64,000 bases of DNA from a virus. Under the pieces are notes generated by a model, which worked only from the letters and a program-made list of their open reading frames with translations, ran no database searches and was not told the origin of the DNA. Both the position numbers and the translations under genes were made by a program. Each line of letters opens with the position of its first letter. Within the stretch, counting starts at the first letter, position 1. The stretch lies in IMG/VR virus record IMGVR_UViG_3300035070_003528, positions 37,466 through 101,465 of that record, one strand, 5' to 3'. Positions 28,199 through 40,523 of the stretch are shown piece after piece.

Positions 28199-29975
28199 AA
28201 GATTCTATTCTATTGTATGTTACGGCAGCTGGTTATAATTACTCCTCATTAATTGCATTGTGCCATTGTCAAAACGTATATCGTTTGAGTATTCTATTAA
28301 CTTTTCTTTAGTCAAAAACCCAGTTGTCATTACCATATGATTATGATCAACATAACGATAATATCCATTAATGAGCACAATGTTGTCGCTATTTAATACC
28401 TCAGCTTTAATATCTTTTAACGCACGTGGTGTGTAGTTTATCATCATTTACCCCTTGACCTTACGGCCGTTTATCCGAAATACATTTGGTTTAATCTCTA
28501 TCCACTCCAGATAGCCAGTATGGTATAAAATGTTAGCCAGATCGTATTCGTCTTCGTTTAGTTGAGTATTTAGTTTGCCGCTTAATACCCTGGCTGAAAA
28601 AATAGAGATAGCATGACACCGTGTTTTATAATCTGTCACATGCCCCCACTTTGCAACATGCTAGAAATAGAATACTTGTAACTACGGATAGAATACAGAA
28701 TGATACAAAAATGGTTAACATTATTTCACCTTATTAATTGACTGAATTATAAAACAGAATACCAACGAATTTTTACAGAGTACGCACCTTTGAACATACG
28801 GCCGTTATCGTGATATTCTGCCGGGATTGTAACGAATAAAACACTGTCATTTTCCCGCATAGCTTCAAAAACACGGACATCGAATAAATTAATTTGAGTG
28901 CCATTGTATAATTCTACTGATACTTGACCGGCTAATTTTTGGATTTTATTAAGTGTCATCTCATCACCTCATTAATTGACTGAATTATCTAACTACTGGA
29001 ATAATACCATAGTTATATAACACTGTCAAGTAAATGAGGTACCATTTTCTATAGCAACTTTGTTCTAATTTACGGCCGTTCATTCTAGGTTATCAATATC
29101 TTGAGCGGCATTAATAACCATTGCCAGCAAACTATTTTGATCTAACAATGATTTATATTTTGGCGTATCTGTCATGCGGAGGACATTGTCGTAATTTTCC
29201 ATTCTAACAATGTCCCTGGCAATGCTTCCCTTGCAATCTAATAACCATTTGATAAATTGTGTCTTTGTCATTATATATCCATCTCCGCGTTGAAAATGCT
29301 GTCAACGGTAGGTTGGTTAGCTACGCCGGTATATCTTTCTATTTCACCTAACATGTAGATAATATACTCTGCGTCAACCGGCCGTATGTTACCATAATTT
29401 ACGCCACGCTTGATATATCTTGCTAATATATTTTTGTCTAAAATTGCATCAAATTGTTTATTGTTCATTTTTGCCCTCATTTTGCTATAAGAAACCATGT
29501 TTACATAATAGGTTTCAATTTATTCTGAACGTTCAATATGTTCAGTTTGAAATAAATTTGGAAAAGTGCCTATATAGGGGAAGAGGTTCAATCAATAACC
29601 TACTCCCCTATATAGCTATACAAGTTACCTGTTAGAAATTGACATCATTTTTAGGGTAACTGAATCCCATTGCCCGCCTAACTTTTGCAATCTTTTTATT
29701 TTGTTCCTTAACGGCCGTTTTATGATTTTGCATACCATATACTCTGGAGTCAATATAACTTGCCTTTCTAATAAGTTGCTGGGCCACATATTCCATTAAA
29801 TCAGCAACATTTTGCAAATCGACAGAATTATAATTTTTAATTGTTTCTTGCAATTCTGCCAATGATGTATTTTCTAAAATTGTACATAGTTCTTTTGTGT
29901 CCATAATTCCACCTCATTTTATTATTGGTTCTATATCCTATCTTGCATTATAACATATGATAGGATCGTATTATG

Positions 29976-30569
29976 TCAATAAATACGGCCGTCTACGGTA
30001 AATGTCCACTCATTAGCTTGACACATATCGATAAAACTTTCTTCACTGGTGATATAATCGTACTCATTTTCTAATTGAGTATAAATCCAGCGCATAAAAT
30101 CGCGTAATGTCTCAATTAAATCATTTTCGTCATTGCCGTTTACACTGCTATCATTGTCGTGATCCACGTCAACAACTGTGCATAATTCATGATAGTAATG
30201 GCCGCTATGTTTAACGCTGGCAGATAATTGGTAAAAATTACGCTTTTGAATACTCGCCAATGTCTTTACAATTCTATTTAATTCACTGTCAAGAGGTGCA
30301 TAATCCGCTACCAGTTTAACGCATTGCTTTTTGTAGCTATAACCACCCTCGAAACACGCCCCATCACCTTGGGAGCAAAAACCAGAAAAGTAAATATTAT
30401 CTACGTCAATTCCCATTAAACCGCCAATAGTTTTGGCATCATCATAAATACAATCATACCAGGGATAATCAATACCATTGGCGATATAATCATCTAATGC
30501 CTCGCTTTTTGCAGCGTCGCTTAATTCGCTAAATTCATAAACATTATAAGTTTTTGTAATTTTTTTCAT
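29976..30569 (-). CDS. conserved phage early protein of unknown function
   Basis: VYEFSELSDAAK, IYFSGFCSQGDGACF, WIY..LE.EYDY..S.E and NEWTFT.DG. Confidence 0.8.
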   Translation of the reverse strand: MKKITKTYNVYEFSELSDAAKSEALDDYIANGIDYPWYDCIYDDAKTIGGLMGIDVDNIYFSGFCSQGDGACFEGGYSYKKQCVKLVADYAPLDSELNRIVKTLASIQKRNFYQLSASVKHSGHYYHELCTVVDVDHDNDSSVNGNDENDLIETLRDFMRWIYTQLENEYDYITSEESFIDMCQANEWTFTVDGRIY

Positions 30570-32502
30570 TATTTCACCTCAATTATGATTTCACCCACGT
30601 ACTCCCGCAATTTTCACAAGTCCACAATTCCACTTCATTATAAACAACATTATTATTATCATCACGCCACAAACGGCCGTCTTTACGTTCTGGTAATTTT
30701 TGCATACCAATAAAAGTATGTTTACATTTTTTATTGCATTGTGGGCAAATTGCTATCATTGTCGATCTCTCCATTCTCTAGTTGACCGTTGCGAAACATA
30801 AACAGTATAATCTGTATTGCGATAAACTAAACGATAATCCTTGATCCATTGGCGACATTCTTTATATGTTCCCTCGTCAATGGTTTCTACTTTCCCACTA
30901 GAGTCTTTAATGTTGATATATGCCATTATAACCAGCCTATTGCAATTGCTTGCCTAACAGACAATCCGCGCGGGAAATATCCCATTTTCAATTTACTAAC
31001 GATCTCAACGGCCGTATTTTCATCCGTTCCAACTGCTAACAATTTTTGAAAAGTTGTCATGATGCCTTTACCTCAGATAATACGCTATCGTAAGTAAACC
31101 AGCCACTAATAAACATATGATACAAATTGCTATAATACGCTGCTTTGTTCGGGTACAATCTGATTTTAAACCGGACAATAATTTCTAACTTATTTTCTTT
31201 GGACATTGTTTCACCTCATTAATTTATATTAATACCAGAGTCTACACCCTTTCCCTCTGGTATATTATCCATTGCCCGATTATTACATGTTGCCATGTTT
31301 TGGTCGATCTAATCTTTTCAGATAGCAAGCCAATTAATTAAAATTGACACTAGACTGATTGTCTAATCAAGGGTGCAATGGTACTTATAATCTTATTATT
31401 GCCTACAATCTCCGTTATAGGCAATGTATAAAATTATAAATTATCCGTAACGATCGTACTTGCGAGTACGTGAATTTTCATAGCTTCCACCATTGTAACT
31501 AGTTGCAGTGTCACTGCTATAATCTGCCGGTTTACGCAATGCCAACATTGCCACGATTGCCAATAAAATAATCCCGCTTACAATTAATACTGCCATCTTA
31601 TCACCTCATTTGTTTGTTTGTTTATTTGTTGTCTCAACTGCCAATACTATAGCAAAAGTTATATAACAACAATAGTGCCAAATGTCATATAAAATTCATG
31701 ACAAAAAACACTTGACAAATTACAAAAAAGTTATCTCAAAAAATATAGACATTTGTCTGGTATATTATTAAAGTTTAAAAATGCACTCACTGATTGCGTA
31801 GTGAATAGTATCCTCCAGATAATCCCGCAAAAGGTGACGATCTGCCAAGTGATGTCCGTTATTGAATTGTAGCGTAAAATTTTCTGCCAATAGATCCAAT
31901 AAAGAGTTTACGCGTTCTGTCATGCGTTCTTTACTTGGCATATGGTTATAACTTACCATTTTAGCATATGCGTCAATAACATAATCAAATAAAGTTTTGT
32001 CTAATCTAACGCTAAAATCTTGCCAACCACAATAAAATCCATTTTCATCCATACAATGAAAACTATTGCTAAAATACACATAACTGCCGTTTGTGGCGTT
32101 ATAGTTCCATGATGCATCAATACCAGATCCATGAGGCAACCCATTGGTAAATTCTACAATACTGTCATTCTCAACGTTTACACTCTTCATTATTTCACCT
32201 CTTTAATTAGCTAATAAAAGTAAAGGCCTTACAAGTTTCATCGTCAAGGAGTTTTACAACAACTCCGCTAAAAAAAGTATCGTTTATATATCCATCAAAT
32301 TCTAGCATATAATCTGGCGGATTAGGATTATAGAACGAATTGTGAATATTAATAAACTCATCCAAATAATGGCGAGTGCCATAATGGATAAAATACTGTC
32401 TGGTATAATCCGCATTATAGTATAATTTTTGCTCTCTATTTGCCCCATAAAAGGTAACTGTACCATTCTGCCGTTCGACTGTTTTATACGCTTTTTTGAT
32501 CA

Positions 32503-32766
32503 TTATTTCACCTCGTTGAAAATATTATCTAATACATCATTATTAATATGTTGCTGCAAACTATCGTACAATTCTGTCATAACATAGTCAATCCATACGG
32601 CCGTAACTTCATTACGCGTTACTACGTTGAGACGTTCGCAAATTGAAGAAATGTGATGCTTAACCGTGTTTACACTGATATACAATTCATTTGCTATTGT
32701 CTGATTGTCGCAACCTTTTACAATGAGAGCGACAACCTGTTTTTGTTTTGGTGTCAAGTTTAGCAT
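32503..32766 (-). CDS. LuxR-type HTH regulator
   Basis: LTPKQKQVVALIVKGCDNQTIANELYISVNTVKHHISSICERLNV. Confidence 0.9.
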   Translation of the reverse strand: MLNLTPKQKQVVALIVKGCDNQTIANELYISVNTVKHHISSICERLNVVTRNEVTAVWIDYVMTELYDSLQQHINNDVLDNIFNEVK

Positions 32767-33740
32767 TATTTTAACTCCAGTGTTCTGAGAACATTCCCAT
32801 CACGATCTACCATGTGCAGGGTGCCGCCAAAGAAATCATAGCGGACATTACAAAACGGCCGTTCAAGCAACTTGATGCAATGCCATTCATTAATTGGTAG
32901 AAAATAGTAAACATGTAAAATCGCGGATTCTAGTTCATCAAAATATTTATCATCTATATTAAACATTAGTCTGACTGCCCCCCTACCATATGACGATAAT
33001 CCCAACTATCGATCAGAAATACATTATTGTCATTAATGGCATAACGATATCTCCCGATCTTATAATCATAATCATCATTGGTACGATACCTTGTTTTGGG
33101 ATAATTTGCCATTAGCCAAATAATATCATCCTCATTTTGAAAATACACGTCATAAGATCCATTATATTGATTAGTGGCAGATACCAGCCGCTTAATACGT
33201 TCACTAACTGGAGTTAACGTTACGCCACCAAAACGATCTTCATTAACGCGTACTTTAATTTTACCCGGCAATCTATCACATGCTGCTTTATATTCTGCGC
33301 CCATTATTTCACCTCGTTTGTTACCGTATAATTTTCATATAACAGATTATCATTACTAACAATATTATAGGTAACATTGTAATAGTTATGGAATTCCCCA
33401 TTTTCTCTATCATATGGCAACGATTGTAATTCTTCACACAAATAGCTATTGCAAAATTCCAATTGTAAGGGAGTATAATCTTTAAAATACTCCTCCTCTG
33501 TATCTCCAGGACGAACGGTAAGGAAAGATAGCAAGCCTAATAAAGAGTCTAAACTTTCTGCGCTATCCATCGGGGAAGGACTATAGTCATCCCCTGAAAA
33601 TAATTCTACCCCATGCAAAGTCATAGAATATTTATAATAGGATCGTTGTAGAATTCCTGTTCCTTTATAAGATGGGTAGTCAAAAATTGTTAACACGATA
33701 TTATGATCTGGAATACTTAAGATTGCTAGAATGTTATTCA

Positions 33741-34145
33741 TTATTCGCTCCAGGCTAACAAAGTTTGCAGCACGTCATTATAAAATAGATCGTTTGCAGC
33801 AACTAATAGATCCCACCATGTGCTTGGCTGGACTTCCTCCAATGCGCGATCCATATATTCGCTATATTTATCAATGATTTTGACAAGATTATGTGTATAT
33901 GGATCGGTCTCTGGGTAAAAATCGTCAACGTCGTCATATTCCACATGCTCCAGCAATTGAGACAATACGCTCTCGATTGCATTATATGCATAATCGTTAG
34001 GCATTGCGTCAAAATGACACTCGAAAATAATATCTTGATACTTATCTCGTTTGTTATCTGTCAACGCGTAAAATTTAGATCCATTTTCACGCGTGCATAA
34101 CTCCAGAGCATTGTACAATTTTTGCAGTCTTTTAATTTGTTTCAT
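33741..34145 (-). CDS. acidic helical protein, possible Ocr-like DNA mimic
   Basis: First gene after a consensus promoter; D/E-rich and helical. Confidence 0.5.
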   Translation of the reverse strand: MKQIKRLQKLYNALELCTRENGSKFYALTDNKRDKYQDIIFECHFDAMPNDYAYNAIESVLSQLLEHVEYDDVDDFYPETDPYTHNLVKIIDKYSEYMDRALEEVQPSTWWDLLVAANDLFYNDVLQTLLAWSE

Positions 34146-34202
34146 TTTATCACCTCATTAGAATAATACGGCCGGTTAATTTTTTGTGCCGCTATTTTCC
34201 CC

Positions 34203-34230
34203 ATTATAATGCTCTTATATAACTTGTCAA
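34203..34230 (-). promoter_or_regulatory. consensus sigma70 promoter of the early block
   Basis: TTGACA-N16-TATAAT with GTTATATA in the spacer. Confidence 0.75.
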
Positions 34231-34489
34231 GCGAATTGTGGCACTTTATGACCATGTTCCTAAGATTGCCAGGAGGTGATAGCAAGGGAAATATGGGGAA
34301 AATATACCAGCCTACCTATTATATAATACAAAAAATTTATGGCACAAAAGTATTAACACTTTTTCACGATATACGGCCGTGCTGCAAACTGGTAAGATAG
34401 AGACGGTTCATTAATAATTTATGGCGACGGCCGTTATAGTCCGGCACAACTTCCGGTAACTTCCGGACGGCCGTTACAATAACGCATGC

Positions 34490-34660
34490 GCATAGTCAAC
34501 GTGTAGAATGTTTGCACAGTAGTTTGTACCTTGACTATACGAAAGTGTATTAATGACGCTATGCCAAAGGTCGCTATACGAAAATATCGTATTCTAACAT
34601 AGTGTCATTAGTACACTATGTCAAAAATGGCTATGCGAAATCCGGTGATACGAAAAACTC
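34490..34660. repeat. inverted repeats with CTATRCGAA copies
   Basis: CGCATAGTCAA/TTGACTATACG repeat; an 18/20 inverted repeat at 34544-34563/34598-34617; CTATRCGAA at 34535, 34574 and 34631. Confidence 0.7.
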
Positions 34661-35234
34661 CCTATATAGAGAAGTGGAGTCATATAAAAATAAAACATAT
34701 AGAGACAAGTGCGGCGACTGAATGGCGTTGTTGAGAAATAAAAAAATCATGCGCCGTTTTTGAAATAAATAAAATAACATTTCCCCTCAGAATTTTCCCC
34801 AATAACAAAAAATTAATTGAATACAAGTTACAAACGAGCACCAGCAGACTGTTTAAGATTTATAGATTGATTTCTGACAGGTTTTTGCGTGATGTACGTG
34901 GAAGCACCCATGAATTAACCTGCGACGATCTCATGGCATTCTATGGCGATTTTACTGGATGTTTGAGATTTGGTAGCTGGGGATTTTGTGTATTAATCTG
35001 GATGAGGTGGCTGAGGCTTTGTGGCTGGTGTTGGATTTATTTGTCGGCTAATTGTGGGATAGAATTGTTGGCAATGGGGAAATAAATGAAAATAAAAAGT
35101 CTAGACTTTCTGGGTAAGTGTCTAGACTTTTTTCAATTTAATTGCCAGCCACCATCGTTTTGATTTTTAACCGAAAACGGCTATGGCTGGAAACCGTTTT
35201 TCTGAGATGGCGATATGGGTGTATATCATGTTAA

Positions 35235-36461
35235 CTAAACCATTTCTATTTCCCATGTTGGGTGCTCAAGCGCAGTTTTTATTATGTGGCAATTGCCGCA
35301 AATGTATGCCATATTATCCAGAGTTGATAATCCCCCCTTCGATGCGGGGATTATATGATCTATATGCATTGGAAGCCGATAGCCATTCCACGTTGATATA
35401 CCACATGTTGCACACTTCTCGTCTGGATTTACTTTTCTAAAAGCTCTCTTGGCAGACTTCCAATCTCTGTACACCTGCCCAGACGTTTCTTTTTTTCCGT
35501 TGCTGCCGCAAGTTTTACATCTTCCGGCACTTCTAACAAGTTTCTGATAATTTCTGTTGTCCGAAGCTCCACAATGAATGCATTTAACAACAAGCTCTAT
35601 CTTCTTATAGTGACCGTTGCGTTTCTCTTCGATAATTTCTAGCGCACCAACAATTTCTCCGATCTTACTCTTCGCGCTCAGTAACTTACCGGCCCCGCAC
35701 TTTGTGCATGAGGGACTTCTGCCATCTCTGAATAAGTCATGCACGTCTGTTGATTTTTGATGTCCACACTCTATGCACTCCACCATGACCCGGTGTCTCC
35801 CGGTGTTACTTCTTGTTACTGAGCTTATTACTTTTTGTACTCCAGAAATTCGATCAAGAAATCTTTTGGGGTCCAGAAATCTTTTGTCAGGCTCTGACTT
35901 AAGAAGACTTGCCTTTATCCTCTCGCAGTTACCGCACTTTTGTTTAGTTCTATAAATAAAATCAACCCCAACAATCTTTTCTTGGGAACATCGTTTGCAT
36001 TTAATCGGAATTCTTATTTTCCCTTGGGTATAATCAGAGAATCCGGTAACAATAAAATCGCCAAATTCTTCTCCGGTCATATCGTGACTTTTGTATCCAC
36101 TACGACAAGCCGAGCACGATCCAGAAGACCTAGGAAAAGAAGTTGGATCAGACTGAGTTACCTTGCCGCAATTCGTGCATTTTATATCAATCTTTCTCTC
36201 GCTATTGACTAGGTATGCATGAGAAATCGTCTTCTGGAACCCGACCACTGTCCCAATCTCAATGCAAGCTACACCTCCGGCACGACACTGTTTACACACC
36301 CCAGGAGTTGAAAGGAAGCCATATTTATTTCTGAGGTCATTATAACCGCAAGTTGTACACGTTACGGGCAGAAAATAAGCCCCGTCTTTTACGATGGTTT
36401 TTCCAATAACTTTTAATGGGCCAGATATTTGACCTATGTATTCTTTCATTGTTTTCTCCAA
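35235..36461 (-). CDS. HNH endonuclease with tandem zinc-ribbon repeats
   Basis: About five CxxCG..CxxC repeats, then CATCG...HIDHIIPASKGG...NMAYICGNCHIIKT. Confidence 0.88.
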   Translation of the reverse strand: MEKTMKEYIGQISGPLKVIGKTIVKDGAYFLPVTCTTCGYNDLRNKYGFLSTPGVCKQCRAGGVACIEIGTVVGFQKTISHAYLVNSERKIDIKCTNCGKVTQSDPTSFPRSSGSCSACRSGYKSHDMTGEEFGDFIVTGFSDYTQGKIRIPIKCKRCSQEKIVGVDFIYRTKQKCGNCERIKASLLKSEPDKRFLDPKRFLDRISGVQKVISSVTRSNTGRHRVMVECIECGHQKSTDVHDLFRDGRSPSCTKCGAGKLLSAKSKIGEIVGALEIIEEKRNGHYKKIELVVKCIHCGASDNRNYQKLVRSAGRCKTCGSNGKKETSGQVYRDWKSAKRAFRKVNPDEKCATCGISTWNGYRLPMHIDHIIPASKGGLSTLDNMAYICGNCHIIKTALEHPTWEIEMV

Positions 36462-36488
36462 TAGTTAATTTAATAATTCGACCCTTGT

Positions 36489-36518
36489 ATTATACTAAAA
36501 CAACTATGCGAAAGTCAA
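36489..36518 (-). promoter_or_regulatory. promoter carrying TTCGCATAG in its spacer
   Basis: TTGACT-N18-TATAAT. Confidence 0.6.
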
Positions 36519-36756
36519 CGACAATAGAAAAAGCCCACCATTTCTGATGAGCTTTTCCGTCTTACTATTGGAGTAGGGCGAGGTGTCGAATCATGCCCCG
36601 ATTAATATTACCACCAATCGACTAATTAATCAATCTATTAATACCCCTGGAATCTCTGGAACAACCATCCAGAAACTTACTTCATCATCCACTACATAAT
36701 CGTCTAGCGCAACAAATAAAACATCGGTATGTAATTTTGGCAATGACTCATTTGTA

Positions 36757-36996
36757 TTAATCCTTATCGCTCTCCATCAGTTCCTCCCGCACAGCCCAAC
36801 ACTCATCTACTGTTGGTAACGCTGGGATGCGCATCCAATGTGTTACGCGACTGTCCTTAATGTTCATTTTGTTCGTCATAGAATGCCATTGTCCATCATA
36901 ATACCCATGATGGACGTACTGGTTGTGAACGAGTTCCAGAAACATGATCTCATTATTGTTTTCTGGCATTTCATCGAATACATTAATCCACGTCAT
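36757..36996 (-). CDS. DUF551-like protein
   Basis: WINVFDEMPE...VTHWMRIPALP. Confidence 0.75.
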   Translation of the reverse strand: MTWINVFDEMPENNNEIMFLELVHNQYVHHGYYDGQWHSMTNKMNIKDSRVTHWMRIPALPTVDECWAVREELMESDKD

Positions 36997-37919
36997 TACA
37001 AATAACCCTTTAGCATATTAGCTGCTGTCGATCCAACGTTAAGCACATTTTTTTGCTGCGCCTTATCTAGATGACTAATGTCGTTATCTTTCAAGAAATC
37101 AACTTGAGCATCTTCGAGTAACAGTTTGATATATTTGCCAATTTGCTTCGGAGACTCAATCTGCCCCTCTTTGCTGAAAACGGATAGCAATCGGCCGTCT
37201 GTTAGATAGGACTTGAACTCTGCATTTAAACGAGAAACTTCTGTATCGAACACTTTTTCTACTTTTATTTTCTCGCCGAACTTCGGATGCTTCTTTTTAA
37301 GAACAAACGGACTACCATATGCGTCAATATAAACAGAATCATATGGCAGGATTACGACACCTTCTGCTAGATTATCTTCTTTATCAGATAACATGGTATC
37401 AAATTCTAGGTCAACCAAGAGGGCATCGTCTAGATTATCAGCGATGAACAGCAGTGGTACACGCAAATTAACTGCCCCGTATTCTTCGAGCACCGTGTCA
37501 AAGGCGCAAAATGACAACCAATCGCCATCAATAGACATGCCGAAATAAATCAATTTTTTCTCAGACCCATAATCAATTCGCTTCTGAATACCTTGTCCAT
37601 GCAGTTCACCGTATAGCCGAATTTCAATACAATCCTCTGTCGCCCATTCGAGAAGATTGCCAAGAAACTCAGCATGAGTCTCATAAAGACATTGGATATT
37701 TGCGCCTTGAAAAGATCCATTCATATCCAAATAGTTATTTCTGCTCCCCGCACGAACGGTTCCATCGGGGAAGAATGCCCATTGAAAGTTACTGCCATCA
37801 ATTTTTTCGGTAATCGCATACCGTTCATCAGGCAATTGTGGGTAATACTCAATCATCTCAGAAATATATTTTTCCTGGTAACTATTTTCAATGCTGCACC
37901 ATTTAATAAACTCATTCAT
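36996..37919 (-). CDS. RNA ligase, Rnl2 family
   Basis: Nucleotidyltransferase motifs TEKIDGSNF, YGELHG, EGVVI and LKKK, plus an Rnl2-type C-terminal domain. Confidence 0.88.
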   Translation of the reverse strand: MNEFIKWCSIENSYQEKYISEMIEYYPQLPDERYAITEKIDGSNFQWAFFPDGTVRAGSRNNYLDMNGSFQGANIQCLYETHAEFLGNLLEWATEDCIEIRLYGELHGQGIQKRIDYGSEKKLIYFGMSIDGDWLSFCAFDTVLEEYGAVNLRVPLLFIADNLDDALLVDLEFDTMLSDKEDNLAEGVVILPYDSVYIDAYGSPFVLKKKHPKFGEKIKVEKVFDTEVSRLNAEFKSYLTDGRLLSVFSKEGQIESPKQIGKYIKLLLEDAQVDFLKDNDISHLDKAQQKNVLNVGSTAANMLKGYL

Positions 37920-39129
37920 CGTTATCCTCTAATCCACTATCGAATCCATCCCATTCGACCCGTGGCATATCGCGTTCTTCTTCAATCAATCCTTCTGTGC
38001 CATCTGCGTATTCAACACGACAACGAAATATACGCATAGTCATATCGTGGTTATATCCAATAAATCTAGCCCAGATATATCGTTTAATTCGTTTCATTTT
38101 CATCCACCATCTTTTTTAGGTTACTTGATTTGCAGAATACAATACTATCTCCAACTCGCACAGCCCAATGACCATACGAATAATGCGACACAACTCCAAC
38201 GCATCCACGATAATCCTTTGTATCGTAGGTATCTGGCGGCTCGTTCACGACAACAGTATCGCCAACAGAAATCATCATTTCATTTTCTCCCCTAGTACCA
38301 CGCTGCCCAACAGCAGGATAACAATCTCTACCCATGCGTCGTTGATAGCGAGGTAATAAAATCCAGATAAAATAATAATAAGTAATACAAATTGTAATAC
38401 ATTTCTCATACCAATTTCTCCGTAGACAACATTGCCCAATCCAGGTAATTTCTTTCAACAAGTTGGTGGATGACCCAGGCGACTTTACGATTGATTACTT
38501 GTGCAGAATACCATGATCCACCCCGCATCCAACGATAAAGAAAACCGTGTTCTAATTCAAGTAGCTGGAAAGTTGTATTCCCAATAGTATGAATAGAACT
38601 ATCCAATTGGAAGAATTTCCATTTTGTCATTCGTAGCTGTTTTGTACTTGTCATATCATTCACCTATGTAAAGAGTACCGCCCTCGAATTTACAACTAAC
38701 AATAGCGTTTGATCTGAAAAGGCGCAACAGGTTTTTCGCATCAGTTCTTGTTATCTCGTAGTAATACCGCTCATCATGAAACGGGTAAATTACCAGCTTT
38801 ATGTCTCGTACCTGATTATCGTAAATAAACTCGCGTAAATGATCTACTCTCATTAGATTTGCACCTCGTACCGATTCTCTCCGGTTTTAACTACCTCAAA
38901 TTCTACTTGTTTTTTTGACTTGATGTAATAACTACCATCACGCTCAACAACAGCCCGATTGCCATACAGAATTTTATTACTCTTAACCATCGGGATCATT
39001 GTTTGCGATTTACTGGCCGTCCAACCCAACGCATAAGCTACTTTCATTGGGACGATTACATTACCTGCGATTTTTGCGTTTACGTTGTTTGTGTTAATTG
39101 TCATTTTTATCACCTCACTTGATGCAGTT

Positions 39130-39174
39130 ATTATATAACAATCGACATAAATCGCAATACTACTTTAGTGCTAT
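39130..39174 (-). promoter_or_regulatory. ATAGCAC-box promoter (other copies at 39928-39972, 46359-46404, 47239-47283, 56646-56690)
   Basis: ATAGCACT, then ATTG/ATTC at the -35 position, then GTTATA and TATAAT, over a fixed 45-46-nt span. Confidence 0.7.
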
Positions 39175-40103
39175 AGCCCGTTTCTGCCTTTACCATTCCC
39201 CGTAGGTGCGTAGATGGCTTCTGCCGATGCCACCGTACCCATCCTCTGCGAACGCGCCAGACTCCGCTCGCGCATCTTTGGAGACCTGTGCCAAGATTCG
39301 CTTGTGTCGCTTCGAGTTCTCTGGAGTATGCGAAATGGTAACCCCATATTTTTCTGCCGCTGCGGACATCTCTGCTGGAATTTCCGTATCTCCCAGAATA
39401 TAAATGGTCTTATTTTTGAAGCCACAGAATTCAACTACGGCTGATAATGACATAACCGACGTGCTGCTAAATGGGGCAACTTCTTCCCCTATCCCTTCTA
39501 GGGAAATCACACTTCCGATGGATTCTTGGCGACAGCGTGTCGCTTGCTGATTTAATTCATTCAGGTCTTTATCGTTCATTTCAATTTCCTTTTACCCCTT
39601 TCACCGGCTGCGAGGGCTGACCGGGCTATTTATTTTTCAGACTACCGACCAAATGCTTTTTCCCAAAATTTTTCAACACCTTGTCTTGCTGTGGCGGCGA
39701 ACGGGACATCGAAATATTCTGCCTCAATATCGCCGCGCAATTGCGTAGTCTCAATTCCAAATTGGGTGTTCAATGAATCCCACACAGTCCAATCTTCGCT
39801 AGCCCTTGCGGCTTCCATTTCTGTTTTAAGGTTTTTGATACTGTCGATTTCTTTATTGTATAGACGGATGAGCAAATCGTATTTTTTCATTTCTATTTCC
39901 TTTGCCTCTCGGCTGTTTGATATGATTATTATATAACTTTCGGCATTGTTGACAATACTACTTTAGTGCTATATGCATATCGGCGACACAACTGTCATCA
40001 GCTTGACCGGATTTGCGTTACCTTCAATGATTTCCCGCGATTTGAGCGCAAATAGGTCTAATCACCCATAACGGCCGTTGCGTTCGTTAGAGGGTCGAAG
40101 TAA

Positions 40104-40523
40104 TCAATGTTTCGTTGGTAGAATACTCGCGCAAATCCAAAACCCACCATAACAGCCATTGTGAATATTATGAGTCTCGATAGTAAATACACCTTCATTA
40201 GTTTTTATATGAAGAAATTGCTGTTCATGTACATCGTATTCATGATCGACATTTGGCGCATCAAGAATCTCCCCGCTAATTAACCGAGTGCCAACGAAAG
40301 ATTGTAAATCGTCATCGGTATGCATATAACGAGTTTCGCAGCAATCTTGCCCCTCGTCACTGATTTGTAACTGTACTTCACCAAAGTTTAGAATCAACCT
40401 ACTGTCATTGAAATCTATCTCAGTTATCTCTTTTCCAATGCATGAATTAAATGCGTCAACAGTTTCTTTGTTACCAGATGTCATCCCAATTAAAACACCA
40501 AATCCAAAATCACTTTTACTCAT
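40104..40523 (-). CDS. QDCCE-motif phage protein, paralog of 45429-45809
   Basis: GKEI..I, QDCCE, DDL..FVG, I.T..G and NG.Y. Confidence 0.75.
   Translation of the reverse strand: MSKSDFGFGVLIGMTSGNKETVDAFNSCIGKEITEIDFNDSRLILNFGEVQLQISDEGQDCCETRYMHTDDDLQSFVGTRLISGEILDAPNVDHEYDVHEQQFLHIKTNEGVFTIETHNIHNGCYGGFWICASILPTKH

Larger units (their letters stand above)
28220..34145 (-). other. AT-rich block of small early/host-takeover genes (about 20 ORFs)
   Basis: Repeated GAGGTG Shine-Dalgarno sites, consensus promoters, and small aromatic/acidic ORFs such as 28220-28447, 28747-28959, 29632-29904, 31768-32190, 32207-32503, 32966-33304 and 33304-33741. Confidence 0.75.

Noticed and set aside
27100-34700. 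CRISPR array or tandem repeat
   Set aside because: The repeats are 8-9-nt motifs at irregular spacing, mostly inside genes; there is no repeat-spacer periodicity and no cas gene.
34209-35440. ORFs 34209-34400, 34867-35085 and 35183-35440
   Set aside because: No RBS, atypical composition, and they overlap promoters, repeats or the HNH gene.
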